Positions 8,634-18,000 of a stretch of 24,964 nucleotides of DNA are shown here, piece by piece. Every line of letters begins with the position of its first letter. The first letter of the stretch is position 1. The notes below the pieces were generated by a model that was given only the letters and a program-made list of their open reading frames with translations, made no database searches and was not told the origin of the DNA. Origin of the DNA: a virus (taxonomy: Duplodnaviria > Caudoviricetes); the IMG/VR virus record IMGVR_UViG_3300017700_000557, positions 1-24,964 of that record. One strand, written 5' to 3'. A program made the position numbers and the translations under genes.

Positions 8634-9683
8634 TTAAAATTTATTTTCTCTTTCTATTAATTTTTTGAATGGAATTAAAAACTCCGAAAACCTATGTTCG
8701 CCTAACGCCATATCTAATCCATCTCGCTTCATCATGCCGAATACATTTTTCAATTCTCTACCAGCGTTATTTAGACTACCCTCAATTAGGCTTTCTAAGT
8801 CTCTTATGCCGTCTTCAGTCATCATAGGGTTACTTAGGTTGACTAATACTTCATTGATTTCGTATAGCTTCTCTTTCTGCACACCATCGGTTACACAGTT
8901 AATGATGTTATCAAACACTTTTAATCTGGGTTTTTTCTGCGATAACCTTTCTTCTTGTTTAACTTTAGCCAAGTCGATTATTTCATTTATCGTAACAGGT
9001 CTTTCTTTTAATATTGGGAAGTTTGTAACCAAAGTTGATTCTCCTAAACCTTTTATACCTTTAATCGTATCACTAGTATCACCTAACATAGTTTTCATTA
9101 AAACTGAATTGCTCTGGTGAAAACAAAAATACGAAGAATAATTGGATAAATCAACATATTCTTTTAAGTCTAAGAAATATATTCTAATATCATCAGACAT
9201 CAACTGTAAAAAATCTCTATCAGATGATGCAATGGTTATTTTCTCATTGTTTTTTTTAGATAGACAATAGTAAGCAATAAAATCATCACTTTCTATCACT
9301 TCGTGTTTTAATTGTCTAATAAACATTTCATTTAGGTAATCCCAAATGATTCTTCTTTGTAGAAGTTCTGATTCATCTATAGGTTGGGTACCATTGATGT
9401 AATCTTTTCCACGACTGCTCTTATACGGCTCGTAAATATTATAACGTAATTTACCACTAAAATTACCATCCCAGAATACGTATACTCTGTGATATAAATC
9501 GTCAGTTAATAACTTACGTAGTATTGTGAAGAACGATAGAACTCCACCGATATGAATACCTTCAGAGTTATATTGATTCTTCGCCCCAAAATACCCGTTT
9601 TTAAATAATGCGTTTCCGTCAATTAATAAGGTATTCTGAGGGTCTTCTTTTTTTTCACCATTTCTTGGTGGTCGTTTGTTCAT
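8634..9683 (-). CDS. 5'-3' exonuclease / flap endonuclease (T4 RNase H / Pol I 5' nuclease family, 349 aa)
   Basis: LLIDGNAL, VFWDG, YKSSR, ESDDFIA, SSDRDFLQL, LGDTSDTIKGIKGLG (helix-3-turn-helix). Confidence 0.92.
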   Translation of the reverse strand: MNKRPPRNGEKKEDPQNTLLIDGNALFKNGYFGAKNQYNSEGIHIGGVLSFFTILRKLLTDDLYHRVYVFWDGNFSGKLRYNIYEPYKSSRGKDYINGTQPIDESELLQRRIIWDYLNEMFIRQLKHEVIESDDFIAYYCLSKKNNEKITIASSDRDFLQLMSDDIRIYFLDLKEYVDLSNYSSYFCFHQSNSVLMKTMLGDTSDTIKGIKGLGESTLVTNFPILKERPVTINEIIDLAKVKQEERLSQKKPRLKVFDNIINCVTDGVQKEKLYEINEVLVNLSNPMMTEDGIRDLESLIEGSLNNAGRELKNVFGMMKRDGLDMALGEHRFSEFLIPFKKLIERENKF

Positions 9684-9711
9684 ATGAACATTTTTATAGG
9701 GTTAATACTAG

Positions 9712-10836
9712 TTACTCTTTTTCATACGCATCAGTACCAAAATCTTCTTCTTTTACTTCAAATTCAGAATAGTTGGTTCCTAACTTAGCATTGATGAAAT
9801 CTTTGTTGTCTTTAACATATGAGTTTTTCTCATCTGGATTTAAAAATCCATGTGGTGTAGAACAAATACTACCCATCTTCTCAATCCCGTTAACGTGGTT
9901 CTTAACACATTCAATATCAGTTCTAACACCAAAGTTAAAGCTTTTACCACCGTTTACAGCGTCTAATTTCTTAGCTGATGATGTTGACTTACCACCCATG
10001 TGGAAAATCATTCTAACACCATATTTAAACCCTTCACCACCATTATGCATGATTGTTGGTTGTCCTACAGCGTTTGGTCTTAACCAAATTTTTTGAACAG
10101 TAACAAATGTATTGATGTAAGGTGACGATTCTCTTCTTGATGCAGGTATTCTGAAATTAAGAATAGATTCAAATTCTCTTTTCAAAGCACCAGCAGTCCA
10201 TTGATTATTATTGGTGTTTGAAACAGCTCCTTGGTAACAACCTATAGAACCAATTGAATCCCACAAGAAAGTAATATTATGTGGAAAGTCACCTTTTGCT
10301 TGTTTATCTAAAATTTCATTAATCAAACGAGCAACATCTTCAACAACTGGAATAAACCTTTGTGGTTCAGTTTTCATTTTTGAATCTTTATAATCATAAT
10401 TTTGATACAAAGACAATAAATCTTGCCCACCAAAATACATGAAATCATTACCATCATAATCTAACACTTCACCAGTTTCTTCATCTACAACTTCTTTAAA
10501 CTTGAAACCTACTAACTTAGCGTGTTCCCAGTTAAAACTACCTTCTGTGTCTATGATAATACAATAATCACCTAATTTTTGAGCACCTGCTAATGATTCA
10601 TAGATACCTGTTGATTTACCAACATCTGAGAATCCTCTAAACTGTGTTGTATATCCTCGTGGAACACCTGGGACACCTACTGCATCATGAAAGGCTTTTT
10701 TAAACGGTATCCAAGATAACTCTTTTTCTTTTACTATCTGAGAACCTAAACCTAGGTCTTTTTTAAAGGCTTTGTTATCAAATGGTTTTTTTTCTATAGG
10801 GTTATCACTCCCATTTTTGGTTGGTTTTTTAGCCAT
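9712..10836 (-). CDS. uvsX: RecA/UvsX-like recombinase (374 aa)
   Basis: GVPRGYTTQFRGFSDVGKST (Walker A), IIIDTEGSF, FLWDSIGS (Walker B), GGEGFKY, CVKNH; next to SSB. Confidence 0.85.
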   Translation of the reverse strand: MAKKPTKNGSDNPIEKKPFDNKAFKKDLGLGSQIVKEKELSWIPFKKAFHDAVGVPGVPRGYTTQFRGFSDVGKSTGIYESLAGAQKLGDYCIIIDTEGSFNWEHAKLVGFKFKEVVDEETGEVLDYDGNDFMYFGGQDLLSLYQNYDYKDSKMKTEPQRFIPVVEDVARLINEILDKQAKGDFPHNITFLWDSIGSIGCYQGAVSNTNNNQWTAGALKREFESILNFRIPASRRESSPYINTFVTVQKIWLRPNAVGQPTIMHNGGEGFKYGVRMIFHMGGKSTSSAKKLDAVNGGKSFNFGVRTDIECVKNHVNGIEKMGSICSTPHGFLNPDEKNSYVKDNKDFINAKLGTNYSEFEVKEEDFGTDAYEKE

Positions 10837-10874
10837 AATTAAATTAATTTCTACTTTTCGTTATTTTTAGAGCC

Positions 10875-10896
10875 AAAAAAAGGCGATTTCTCACCT
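10875..10896 (-). terminator. Rho-independent terminator/attenuator between SSB and RecA
   Basis: Minus strand AGGTGA-GAAA-TCGCCT followed by a T-run (GNRA loop, one G-U pair). Confidence 0.75.
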
Positions 10897-10922
10897 ATTT
10901 TTGCTTTTTAGATTCGCATTAA

Positions 10923-11822
10923 TTAAAATGGAAGGTCATCCGATTCTTCATCATTTGAAACTGGTGTTTCAACTTCAGCTGCTGCCTTAAGACTAGTCTT
11001 AACGTTTTCAACACCCATAGTTAATTCATCATCTAATTTTGCAGTTGCATCATCAGTTTTCAAATTAGCTTTGTCAACGAAACATTTGTTTTCTTTATCC
11101 CAAGCTGGGACACCACCCTTAACAATGATTTCTAAGTAATCATATGTTCTTACTGAATAAACATCTTCCCATGTTCTGGTGTCAGATAACCATTCAGTTA
11201 CTTGTGCTTCGTCTTCCGATAAAGGTGAAGCATCTAATGATACAACAGCTGAAACAACAGGTACATTATTTTGGTTTCTGTTAATCGTCATTGCTAAATC
11301 ACGGCCAGTTTTAGAATTCGTAACATCTCTGTTAGTTTTCAATGCTGATAACACACCATGAATTTTATCGAAGATACCCTCTTTACGGTAATCATGATTA
11401 AATCTCCAAAATTTAACACCGTCTTCTGGATGTTCTCTGTCAATAACCTTAACAACGTACATCAATCTAGCATTATATTTTTTAGCTAATTCTTTTTCAG
11501 CATCTTTACCTGTTGCTAATAAAGCTTCACGTGCTTCACAGAAAGGACAAGCTTCACCTTTTTCATGTTTTAAACATGCAAATGTTTTCCACTCACCATC
11601 AACTTGAATCTTGTGACCGTACATTTCAACAAATGGACTTGTACCATCATGTGTAGGTAAAATTCTAATTTCTTTTGTTGCGGTTTTTACACCTTCTTTA
11701 ATAAAAGTATTAAAGTAATTCTTAAGGTCGTAAACCTTTTCTTTTGATTTTTCGTACTTAGGCTTGTTGTTGCTTTCGTACTGTTCTAGCATTGACGCTA
11801 ACGCATTTTTTTCTTCACTCAT
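10923..11822 (-). CDS. gp32: Single-stranded DNA-binding protein, T4 gp32-like (299 aa)
   Basis: IRILP, Zn-ligand pattern H-X12-C-X8-C-X2-C (HKIQ...ACLKHEKGEACPFC), VKVIDR...GVKFWRF, GRDL, acidic tail ending DDLPF. Confidence 0.88.
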   Translation of the reverse strand: MSEEKNALASMLEQYESNNKPKYEKSKEKVYDLKNYFNTFIKEGVKTATKEIRILPTHDGTSPFVEMYGHKIQVDGEWKTFACLKHEKGEACPFCEAREALLATGKDAEKELAKKYNARLMYVVKVIDREHPEDGVKFWRFNHDYRKEGIFDKIHGVLSALKTNRDVTNSKTGRDLAMTINRNQNNVPVVSAVVSLDASPLSEDEAQVTEWLSDTRTWEDVYSVRTYDYLEIIVKGGVPAWDKENKCFVDKANLKTDDATAKLDDELTMGVENVKTSLKAAAEVETPVSNDEESDDLPF

Positions 11823-11873
11823 TTTGTTTTTCGTATTTAAATTTATATATTATTTTTCTTCTTTTAATTGTTA

Positions 11874-11903
11874 CAAATATACCAAATTATTTGCAAAAGT
11901 CAA
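11874..11903 (-). promoter_or_regulatory. Bacteroidota primary-sigma promoter P2 of the SSB gene
   Basis: TTG-N19-TATATTTG matches the -33 TTG / -7 TAnnTTTG consensus. Confidence 0.75.
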
Positions 11904-11926
11904 GCAATATTATTAATATAAAGATG

Positions 11927-11957
11927 AAATTGAATAAGTTTTTTTATTATTCAATTT
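11927..11957. repeat. 11-bp perfect inverted repeat between the two SSB promoters
   Basis: AAATTGAATAA-N9-TTATTCAATTT. Confidence 0.7.
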
Positions 11958-11960
11958 GTA

Positions 11961-11991
11961 CAAAGATACGATTGTTTTTCGGATGTTGCAA
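11961..11991 (-). promoter_or_regulatory. Bacteroidota primary-sigma promoter P1 of the SSB gene
   Basis: TTG-N20-TATCTTTG, just downstream of the terminator at 12020-12045. Confidence 0.78.
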
Positions 11992-12019
11992 GTATTGTTT
12001 TAAAAAAAGTATAACGCAT

Positions 12020-12045
12020 AAAAAAACCCCTAAATTTAGGGGTTT
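12020..12045 (-). terminator. Rho-independent terminator after the 256-aa gene
   Basis: Minus strand AAACCCCTAAATTTAGGGGTTTTTTT. Confidence 0.8.
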
Positions 12046-12051
12046 AGTTTT

Positions 12052-12822
12052 TTATATATTTTCTTCTTCATATCCATTAACATCTTCCTCATCATAAGGA
12101 TTCTGATTAACATTAAATGAACGTTTAACATCTGTTTCTACATAACCATCATCAACATCTCTTTGTTTTAAAACATATTGTTCAGGTTTCTTATTAGCCA
12201 TCACATCATAAGAACCTTCTTTGTCGGCCCAATAATCAGTTAATTTTTGATTGAATGGATAAGAATCCAAAGACCTCATTTCTAGTTTTTCAACAGGTGT
12301 TGGATTACGTTTTATCATTTCTTTCTCTAAATCGTCAATCTTATGTGATATAACACTCATACTAGCTACACGTGCTTCTAAATCACCTAACTTTTGCAAC
12401 AATATTTGACTATTTTTACTTGCTGTATCAGCAGCATCTTTAGCTTCTTCAGAACCTTTAACTAATGTTGTTACATCTACTTCAACTTCATCTGGATTAG
12501 GTTCTTCTATAGGTGCTGGAGCTGGTTCGGCTACTGGTGGTTCAGGTGCTGGAGCTGGAGCTGGTGCAGCGTTAGGGTCTTCTGTAGGTGCTTGTTCTGG
12601 TGATTCACCAGAAGGTGCATCAACACCTAATTCAGCAGCAACATTATCAGCTTCATCGCCAATACCATCTGTTGGTTCTAAATCACTAGGTGCGTCTTCT
12701 TCTTCAATTTCATTATATTCAGGACCTTCTTTCTTTTCTTGATAGAAATCATACTCAGATAACAATCTAAATTTTTGAAGTTCTTCATTTAATAAATTAG
12801 CATCAAATTTTTTTCTTTTCAT
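12052..12822 (-). CDS. Acidic hypothetical protein with Pro/Ala-rich linker and coiled coil (256 aa), possibly prohead core/scaffold-like
   Basis: ORF track; TAATG stop-start overlap with the 62-aa gene; Glu/Asp-rich, APAPAPAPEPP linker, heptad-like LLQKLGDLEARVASMSVISHKIDDLEKEM. Confidence 0.8.
   Translation of the reverse strand: MKRKKFDANLLNEELQKFRLLSEYDFYQEKKEGPEYNEIEEEDAPSDLEPTDGIGDEADNVAAELGVDAPSGESPEQAPTEDPNAAPAPAPAPEPPVAEPAPAPIEEPNPDEVEVDVTTLVKGSEEAKDAADTASKNSQILLQKLGDLEARVASMSVISHKIDDLEKEMIKRNPTPVEKLEMRSLDSYPFNQKLTDYWADKEGSYDVMANKKPEQYVLKQRDVDDGYVETDVKRSFNVNQNPYDEEDVNGYEEENI
12511..12570. repeat. Short coding repeats (AGGTGCTGGAGCTGG x2, GCTGGA units) encoding the PAPAP linker
   Basis: Direct repeat at 12511-12525 and 12544-12558. 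Confidence 0.6.
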
Positions 12823-13010
12823 TAGATTAATAATTGTCTTCCGTCTTCTGTTATTATTTTTTTGTTAATACGTTCTACAAGGCTTTTATCACCCTTAATA
12901 ACGCAAACACCAGAACTACAATCCATTTCAGAATCTTGACTATTTTCTATCATAGAATCTAACACCTTATTTAAAGCATCAGCGTCTTTTACATTTTTTT
13001 TATTTTCCAT
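12822..13010 (-). CDS. Small hypothetical protein (62 aa) with CSSGVC motif
   Basis: ORF track; coupled to the downstream gene by TAATG; preceded by the TATTTAT motif. Confidence 0.7.
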   Translation of the reverse strand: MENKKNVKDADALNKVLDSMIENSQDSEMDCSSGVCVIKGDKSLVERINKKIITEDGRQLLI

Positions 13011-13016
13011 AACTTA

Positions 13017-13046
13017 ATTTATTTGATATTGTTATATCAAATAAAT
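13017..13046. repeat. 13-bp perfect inverted repeat upstream of the 62-aa gene
   Basis: ATTTATTTGATAT-tgtt-ATATCAAATAAAT, ending 6 nt before the ATG on the minus strand. Confidence 0.75.
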
Positions 13047-13048
13047 AT
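13041..13048 (-). promoter_or_regulatory. Putative phage promoter motif ATATTTAT
   Basis: 30 nt upstream of ATG 13010, overlapping the 5' arm of the inverted repeat. Confidence 0.45.
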
Positions 13049-13058
13049 CATGAAACTA

Positions 13059-13460
13059 TTAAAAAACCCTTTCTATATTGAAAACACCCAGCACTTTATC
13101 ATTAATAATGATAATTTTATTCTTAAAATCATCCCATTTGATTTTAACAGTTTTATAGTCGATATTAGTTTGATTCCCCCCAGACTCTTGGTCAATTAAT
13201 CTATTAAGTGCATTTATTGTATAAAATGTTGTACCTTTTTTGTGTATAGGAACAGCACTAGGAAATAAATTCTTTAAATTAACACGCTGACCACTTGGAA
13301 TAGTGAATTTGAATGTGATGATTAATTTAGAATCATCATCTAAATTTTTATAACAAAAAACATCTGATTTATTTATACTAAATTTGGTGTATAGATAATC
13401 AAGAAACCAATCAAGTCTCTCTGGGAATATGAATGAAGCTAATAGTATTGTTTTTTCCAT
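13059..13460 (-). CDS. Hypothetical protein (133 aa from MEKTILL; alternative start 13472)
   Basis: ORF track; overlaps the 3' end of the upstream gene by about 50 nt; contains IHKKGTTFYTINALN segment; no function recognised. Confidence 0.75.
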   Translation of the reverse strand: MEKTILLASFIFPERLDWFLDYLYTKFSINKSDVFCYKNLDDDSKLIITFKFTIPSGQRVNLKNLFPSAVPIHKKGTTFYTINALNRLIDQESGGNQTNIDYKTVKIKWDDFKNKIIIINDKVLGVFNIERVF

Positions 13461-14049
13461 TTCTAAGGGCATATAGAAAGGGTAAATACCTTATTTTATT
13501 ATTTACCGCTAATAGATTTTTCCTATATTCCATAAGTATGTTAACATCATCCAAAAAGACGCTACTAATCCTTAAAATTACGGACTTTATTTTATCCGAT
13601 GATATACCCATATAGTTTAGTAAATGTAAGTCTATACCAAAAATACTGTCTTCACTATAGATATACACCATATTACCGTTTAAATAGCTAATTGGTTCCT
13701 TTAATGAAAATATCTTTTTTATGATTTTAATTAGAGTTTTTTTCTTATATTGAATAGGGTCAACAAACACATAGTAAATCTTATCTGTCATATCCCTATA
13801 AACCTTACTAACAAACCAACTAACATCTTCTTCGAACCTATCTCGTTTCTCAGTTCGTTTAAACGTCCAATAATAGCCATCACCAAGCGAAATATTTGTT
13901 ATATCAAAATCAGGATAGTTTTTATTAACATACTCATACCCTACAATTAACGTAGGTAAACCTACAATAATATCATCCACGGATGAAACTAAATTAAAGT
14001 CTTCAGGTAGGTCAATTTTACCAGTAGCTACAACATTGCCAATTTTCAT
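13411..14049 (-). CDS. Hypothetical protein (212 aa)
   Basis: ORF track; host-type promoter immediately upstream; only gene here ending in TGA. Confidence 0.75.
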   Translation of the reverse strand: MKIGNVVATGKIDLPEDFNLVSSVDDIIVGLPTLIVGYEYVNKNYPDFDITNISLGDGYYWTFKRTEKRDRFEEDVSWFVSKVYRDMTDKIYYVFVDPIQYKKKTLIKIIKKIFSLKEPISYLNGNMVYIYSEDSIFGIDLHLLNYMGISSDKIKSVILRISSVFLDDVNILMEYRKNLLAVNNKIRYLPFLYALRNGKNNTISFIHIPRET

Positions 14050-14053
14050 CTAG

Positions 14054-14084
14054 CAAATATACCAAAAAAATATCTAATTTGCAA
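14054..14084 (-). promoter_or_regulatory. Bacteroidota primary-sigma promoter, likely giving a leaderless mRNA
   Basis: TTG-N20-TATATTTG-CTAG-ATG. Confidence 0.75.
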
Positions 14085-14089
14085 CGTTT

Positions 14090-15088
14090 TTAAGCTATTT
14101 GGTCGTTTACAACCCAATTTGGTATGTTTTCAAGTATCTCAAACACTCTATTGGTAAATAACTTAGCATATTTATCATTACCACCTATACGCTTCCCGTA
14201 AGCGTATAATAAGTCTAAAAAACTATTTGAATCATTTACTGTATACAAATTCCTTAGTATTTTGTTAGACCCATGGGTCCTAAACACTAAAACATTTATA
14301 GATGGGTCAGCGAATAGAATATCCAATTCAATATTAGTTATTTTTGTAGCTATGGTTTCCAAATCATCAAGTCCCCAATTATCAATAATTTTTAATGACT
14401 TTTGTCCGATACTTGTTTTTATCTCAGTTTTGTTTTGGATTATAAAACCAATAAAATTTTTATAATTTTCACGACCAGTCAATTGTATCAAACCTCTTCC
14501 ACGAAACTTATAAAAGTCACACTCACCTATTAAACCTAATTCAGAATAACCATCGCTACCAACATATTTTCCTCTTGGTTCATTAGATGGATACGTATAT
14601 CCCTTCCATTTCTCATCACCCATATTCTTTGGTTTATACATACTAAGCCTTGCTGGGACATTTAGAAACACTGGATTGTGAAATAACTCAAATGCTGATA
14701 TGTTTCCCAAACTTGTACCATATTTAGAAGTCGTATTACTACAATTATAACTCCCTTTAACCCCTGATTTGTAATTATACATGTATTCTGCATCACCAAA
14801 CTCAGTAATTGACCTAAATTGACCACCTGTTTCATTTATCATGATTGAAACCATAGCCAAAAATTGATAAATATTAATATCATCATTACCTGTAATCAAT
14901 TTAATGTTTGTTTGGGTAAAAATGTTTGATAGTTGATTGTTGGTGTCAACACCACAACGAATATTTATTGACTCACCATTAGTCGCAACACTCCAACTAC
15001 CTCTTTTGGCGTTATTATCGTTAAAAAATATTGGAAAACTCTTACTTGTTTGAGCAATCCAAAAGTCATTGTTTATATTATTTGCCAT
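14090..15088 (-). CDS. Glycoside hydrolase family 19 (chitinase/lysozyme-like) peptidoglycan hydrolase (332 aa from MANN; track start 15133)
   Basis: FLAMVSIMINETGGQFRSITE (catalytic Glu region) and YKFRGRGLIQLTGRENY GH19 signature; ATG 15088 overlaps the stop of the hub gene. Confidence 0.85.
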   Translation of the reverse strand: MANNINNDFWIAQTSKSFPIFFNDNNAKRGSWSVATNGESINIRCGVDTNNQLSNIFTQTNIKLITGNDDINIYQFLAMVSIMINETGGQFRSITEFGDAEYMYNYKSGVKGSYNCSNTTSKYGTSLGNISAFELFHNPVFLNVPARLSMYKPKNMGDEKWKGYTYPSNEPRGKYVGSDGYSELGLIGECDFYKFRGRGLIQLTGRENYKNFIGFIIQNKTEIKTSIGQKSLKIIDNWGLDDLETIATKITNIELDILFADPSINVLVFRTHGSNKILRNLYTVNDSNSFLDLLYAYGKRIGGNDKYAKLFTNRVFEILENIPNWVVNDQIA

Positions 15089-18000
15089 ATTGTGTGTATT
15101 TAACTGCTGTGTAATTATTAAAATTCGAAACATTAATCTTGTTTTTTAATTCATCAATATTTTTTGAATTAGGTACAACATTTCCACCACTATTTGTATC
15201 TCCGAAAGTAGCTTTAGAAGACGATTTCTTAATGTTTGAATTGTCAATACCATCTAATAACGACATATATAAATCCCCAGATGTGAATATTTGTGTTTCT
15301 GGTTTTCTTAATCTAACACCAGTAAAATGCGTTGACATGTGATTAGGTTTAACACTGTGTTTAACTCGTGTTATCATATAAGCACCATGGAATAACGGGA
15401 TATTATTCAATTGGAAGTACATCATAGGTTGAATCATGGCATTACCAAGCATTTCTATTTCAACCTTATAGCTTCTAACAGCATATACGTTATATATGTT
15501 TTGTCCAGCTAATGTTCGATTTGTTTCAGAACCTTTTTTAGAAATATCATCAGTAATTTGTAATGATTCAGCTGTTTCACCAAATTCACTCTGGTCTAAT
15601 GTGATATCTTTAAAAATATTTTGATTTTGTTGTCCGAAGGCTACATTAAAGAATGTAACAGCGTCTTCACCTGGTTGTGAGGCTTCGTTAAAATCTTTAG
15701 GTAACCCAACTAATGCTCCATTTTGACATCTGACATCAAACCCATCGTTACTATAGTTAGAATCCCCAATGTCTAAATCTTTTGATTTTTGTCCAAGGTA
15801 AACACAAACAAATGTTGGTCCACATAAACTATCTGTTACTGTTTCAGCTTCGTGGTGTGATAAAGGCTCAAACACTGAAGCAACTAAATCAGGGTTTTTA
15901 TAATCAATAAATGAAGGTAGCGGAACAAAATCAAAATTATTCGATGATAATAGGTTCGTAACGCAGTCATAAAAGCTACTATTAGGGTTATTACGTAAAT
16001 AATCTGCCACTGGAATAGGATTTATAGCTAATGTATCACCAATATCTTTAAACGACCTTGTAACGAATCTAAAGCTGTCAATTAACTTAGGAGATTTAAA
16101 TCCACGTTTATTAGCTAATTCTAAATCTGAAGCATTTCTACTACCACACTGAAATATTACATTATCACCATCTGTTGACCCACCAATCCATTTATCATAA
16201 ATGTTTTTACAAGTTCTATATAACATTAACTTAATAATATTTTCATCTGAAGTACCAAATAACGCTTGTTCTTGTTGTTTCTTTTTACTTTCAGCAGACA
16301 TAGCATCTTTGTTATTATTTATCTTGCTACTAATAGTATCGAAATATAATTTTAAGTCATCTTTTTTAACAAGAATAGGTTCACGAACGTTTTGATTAGT
16401 TGAATTATTTCCTTGCCATATTTTATACGTTGTATTTACAATAAAAACTTCTTTTGTAAATAAATCCATAAGAGTTTTAACCGCTTGGGTGTCATCTTTA
16501 TTTTCCAATAAAAAATTATAATTGAAATCACTAGTTACACTAAATTTTTCTGTTGTATCACCATAGATTCTAGTTATAATAGCATAATTATCTATGTTAT
16601 TATAGGTATTTTTAATATTGTCTACATTTAAATGGTATACACCCTTATCACCATATAAATTAGCTTTGTCATTCATGAAAGCATCCCAAGTTGTTTTCCA
16701 ATCATTTGTTGTATTATCAAAAAGCTCAAATTGTGTTTTAACATTCATCCAATCTGATTTATTTGTTGTTGACCCCACAAATTCAAAAAATATTCGTTTG
16801 AATTCTTTTTTTACTTGTATAGGTAAACTTAATAAAAGATTATCTAATGGTTTATATTCAAATGAATTGGTATCGTTTCTAAAAATCATTGATGAGTTTG
16901 GTGAGTCATAGTCAACTTGACTTTGTGCTGAACCAAATGGTGAACTAGTTAAATATTGTTTTCTATTTGGATAAGAAGTTGTTGATGTGTCATCATTAAA
17001 TGTTGGAATGAACGACTCATTTGTAATTGAGTTGTAAAAAACAATTGGGTCGAACATACCAGACCCACCATCTATTTGTATTCCTGATTGTTCGTCAAAT
17101 ATTGATTCAGTTTCATCTGCTCTCCATAATAAACCACCAATAAAAGCAGCCCATATCTTAGGTGTTGAAACCATACCACCACGTTGTCCAAATGTATTTA
17201 TGATTTCGTTTTTATCAAAAATTGTATTGTTATTTATACCAAACAAAAACATTCGATATTCTCTATCTGTTATTAAACCAGTCCATGGAAAACTATGCAA
17301 GAACAATAAAGCTTTTGCATGATTTGTTTTTTGTTCGTTATATAATCTACTACCAAATAAACTTACTGCTGCTAATTCATTATTAGTACTTCCACCTCCA
17401 TTAAACGCATTACCATATTTAACATTAAAGTTAATGTATGGATATGTAATATCTTGGTTGGCTCCAAGATATTTACTTGCTAACATTCTATTTTTTCCAA
17501 ACTCTTTATGTAATATTTTACTATTATCTTTATTTGGCGTGTAATCAACTGTTTCCAAGTATTCGAATATATTTTTAGCAGCTAAAGTAGTAGGACCTGT
17601 TATATCAAATTTACTAGTAGTTGGTGTCTTACCATCTAAACCAGATACACGTCTTTTTAACCCAAGACCATTTGATTTATTATAAGTAAAATCACCGAAG
17701 TTACCGTCAGAATAAAACATATACATATATGGTTGAGTACCTAAATCACCACCAAAATTAATTGATGAAAACTCTTGTGTACCATACAATCCACCAAATG
17801 GGTTAAATCCTACACCTTCTGAATTAAAATTAGTTACATCACCAACTTTAATTTTTTCAAAATCAATTGTTATATCACTAATTGATGGTTTATTGTTCAA
17901 AGGATACGCAGTTACACCTTTATAAGTTTCACTATCAATTATTTTTATATATACACCTCCATCTTCTGGTTTATTAAGACTAACACCAACATTATTTATA

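Noticed and set aside
4439-10836. Inteins, introns or homing endonucleases in RNR, helicase or RecA
   Set aside because: ORFs are continuous and near expected size, with no intein termini or LAGLIDADG/HNH/GIY-YIG motifs seen.
15125-15152. A-AAA-AAC slippery heptamer near the hub 3' end that might fuse hub and GH19
   Set aside because: A -1 shift meets TAA within a few codons; GH19 is in the +1 frame and has its own coupled ATG.
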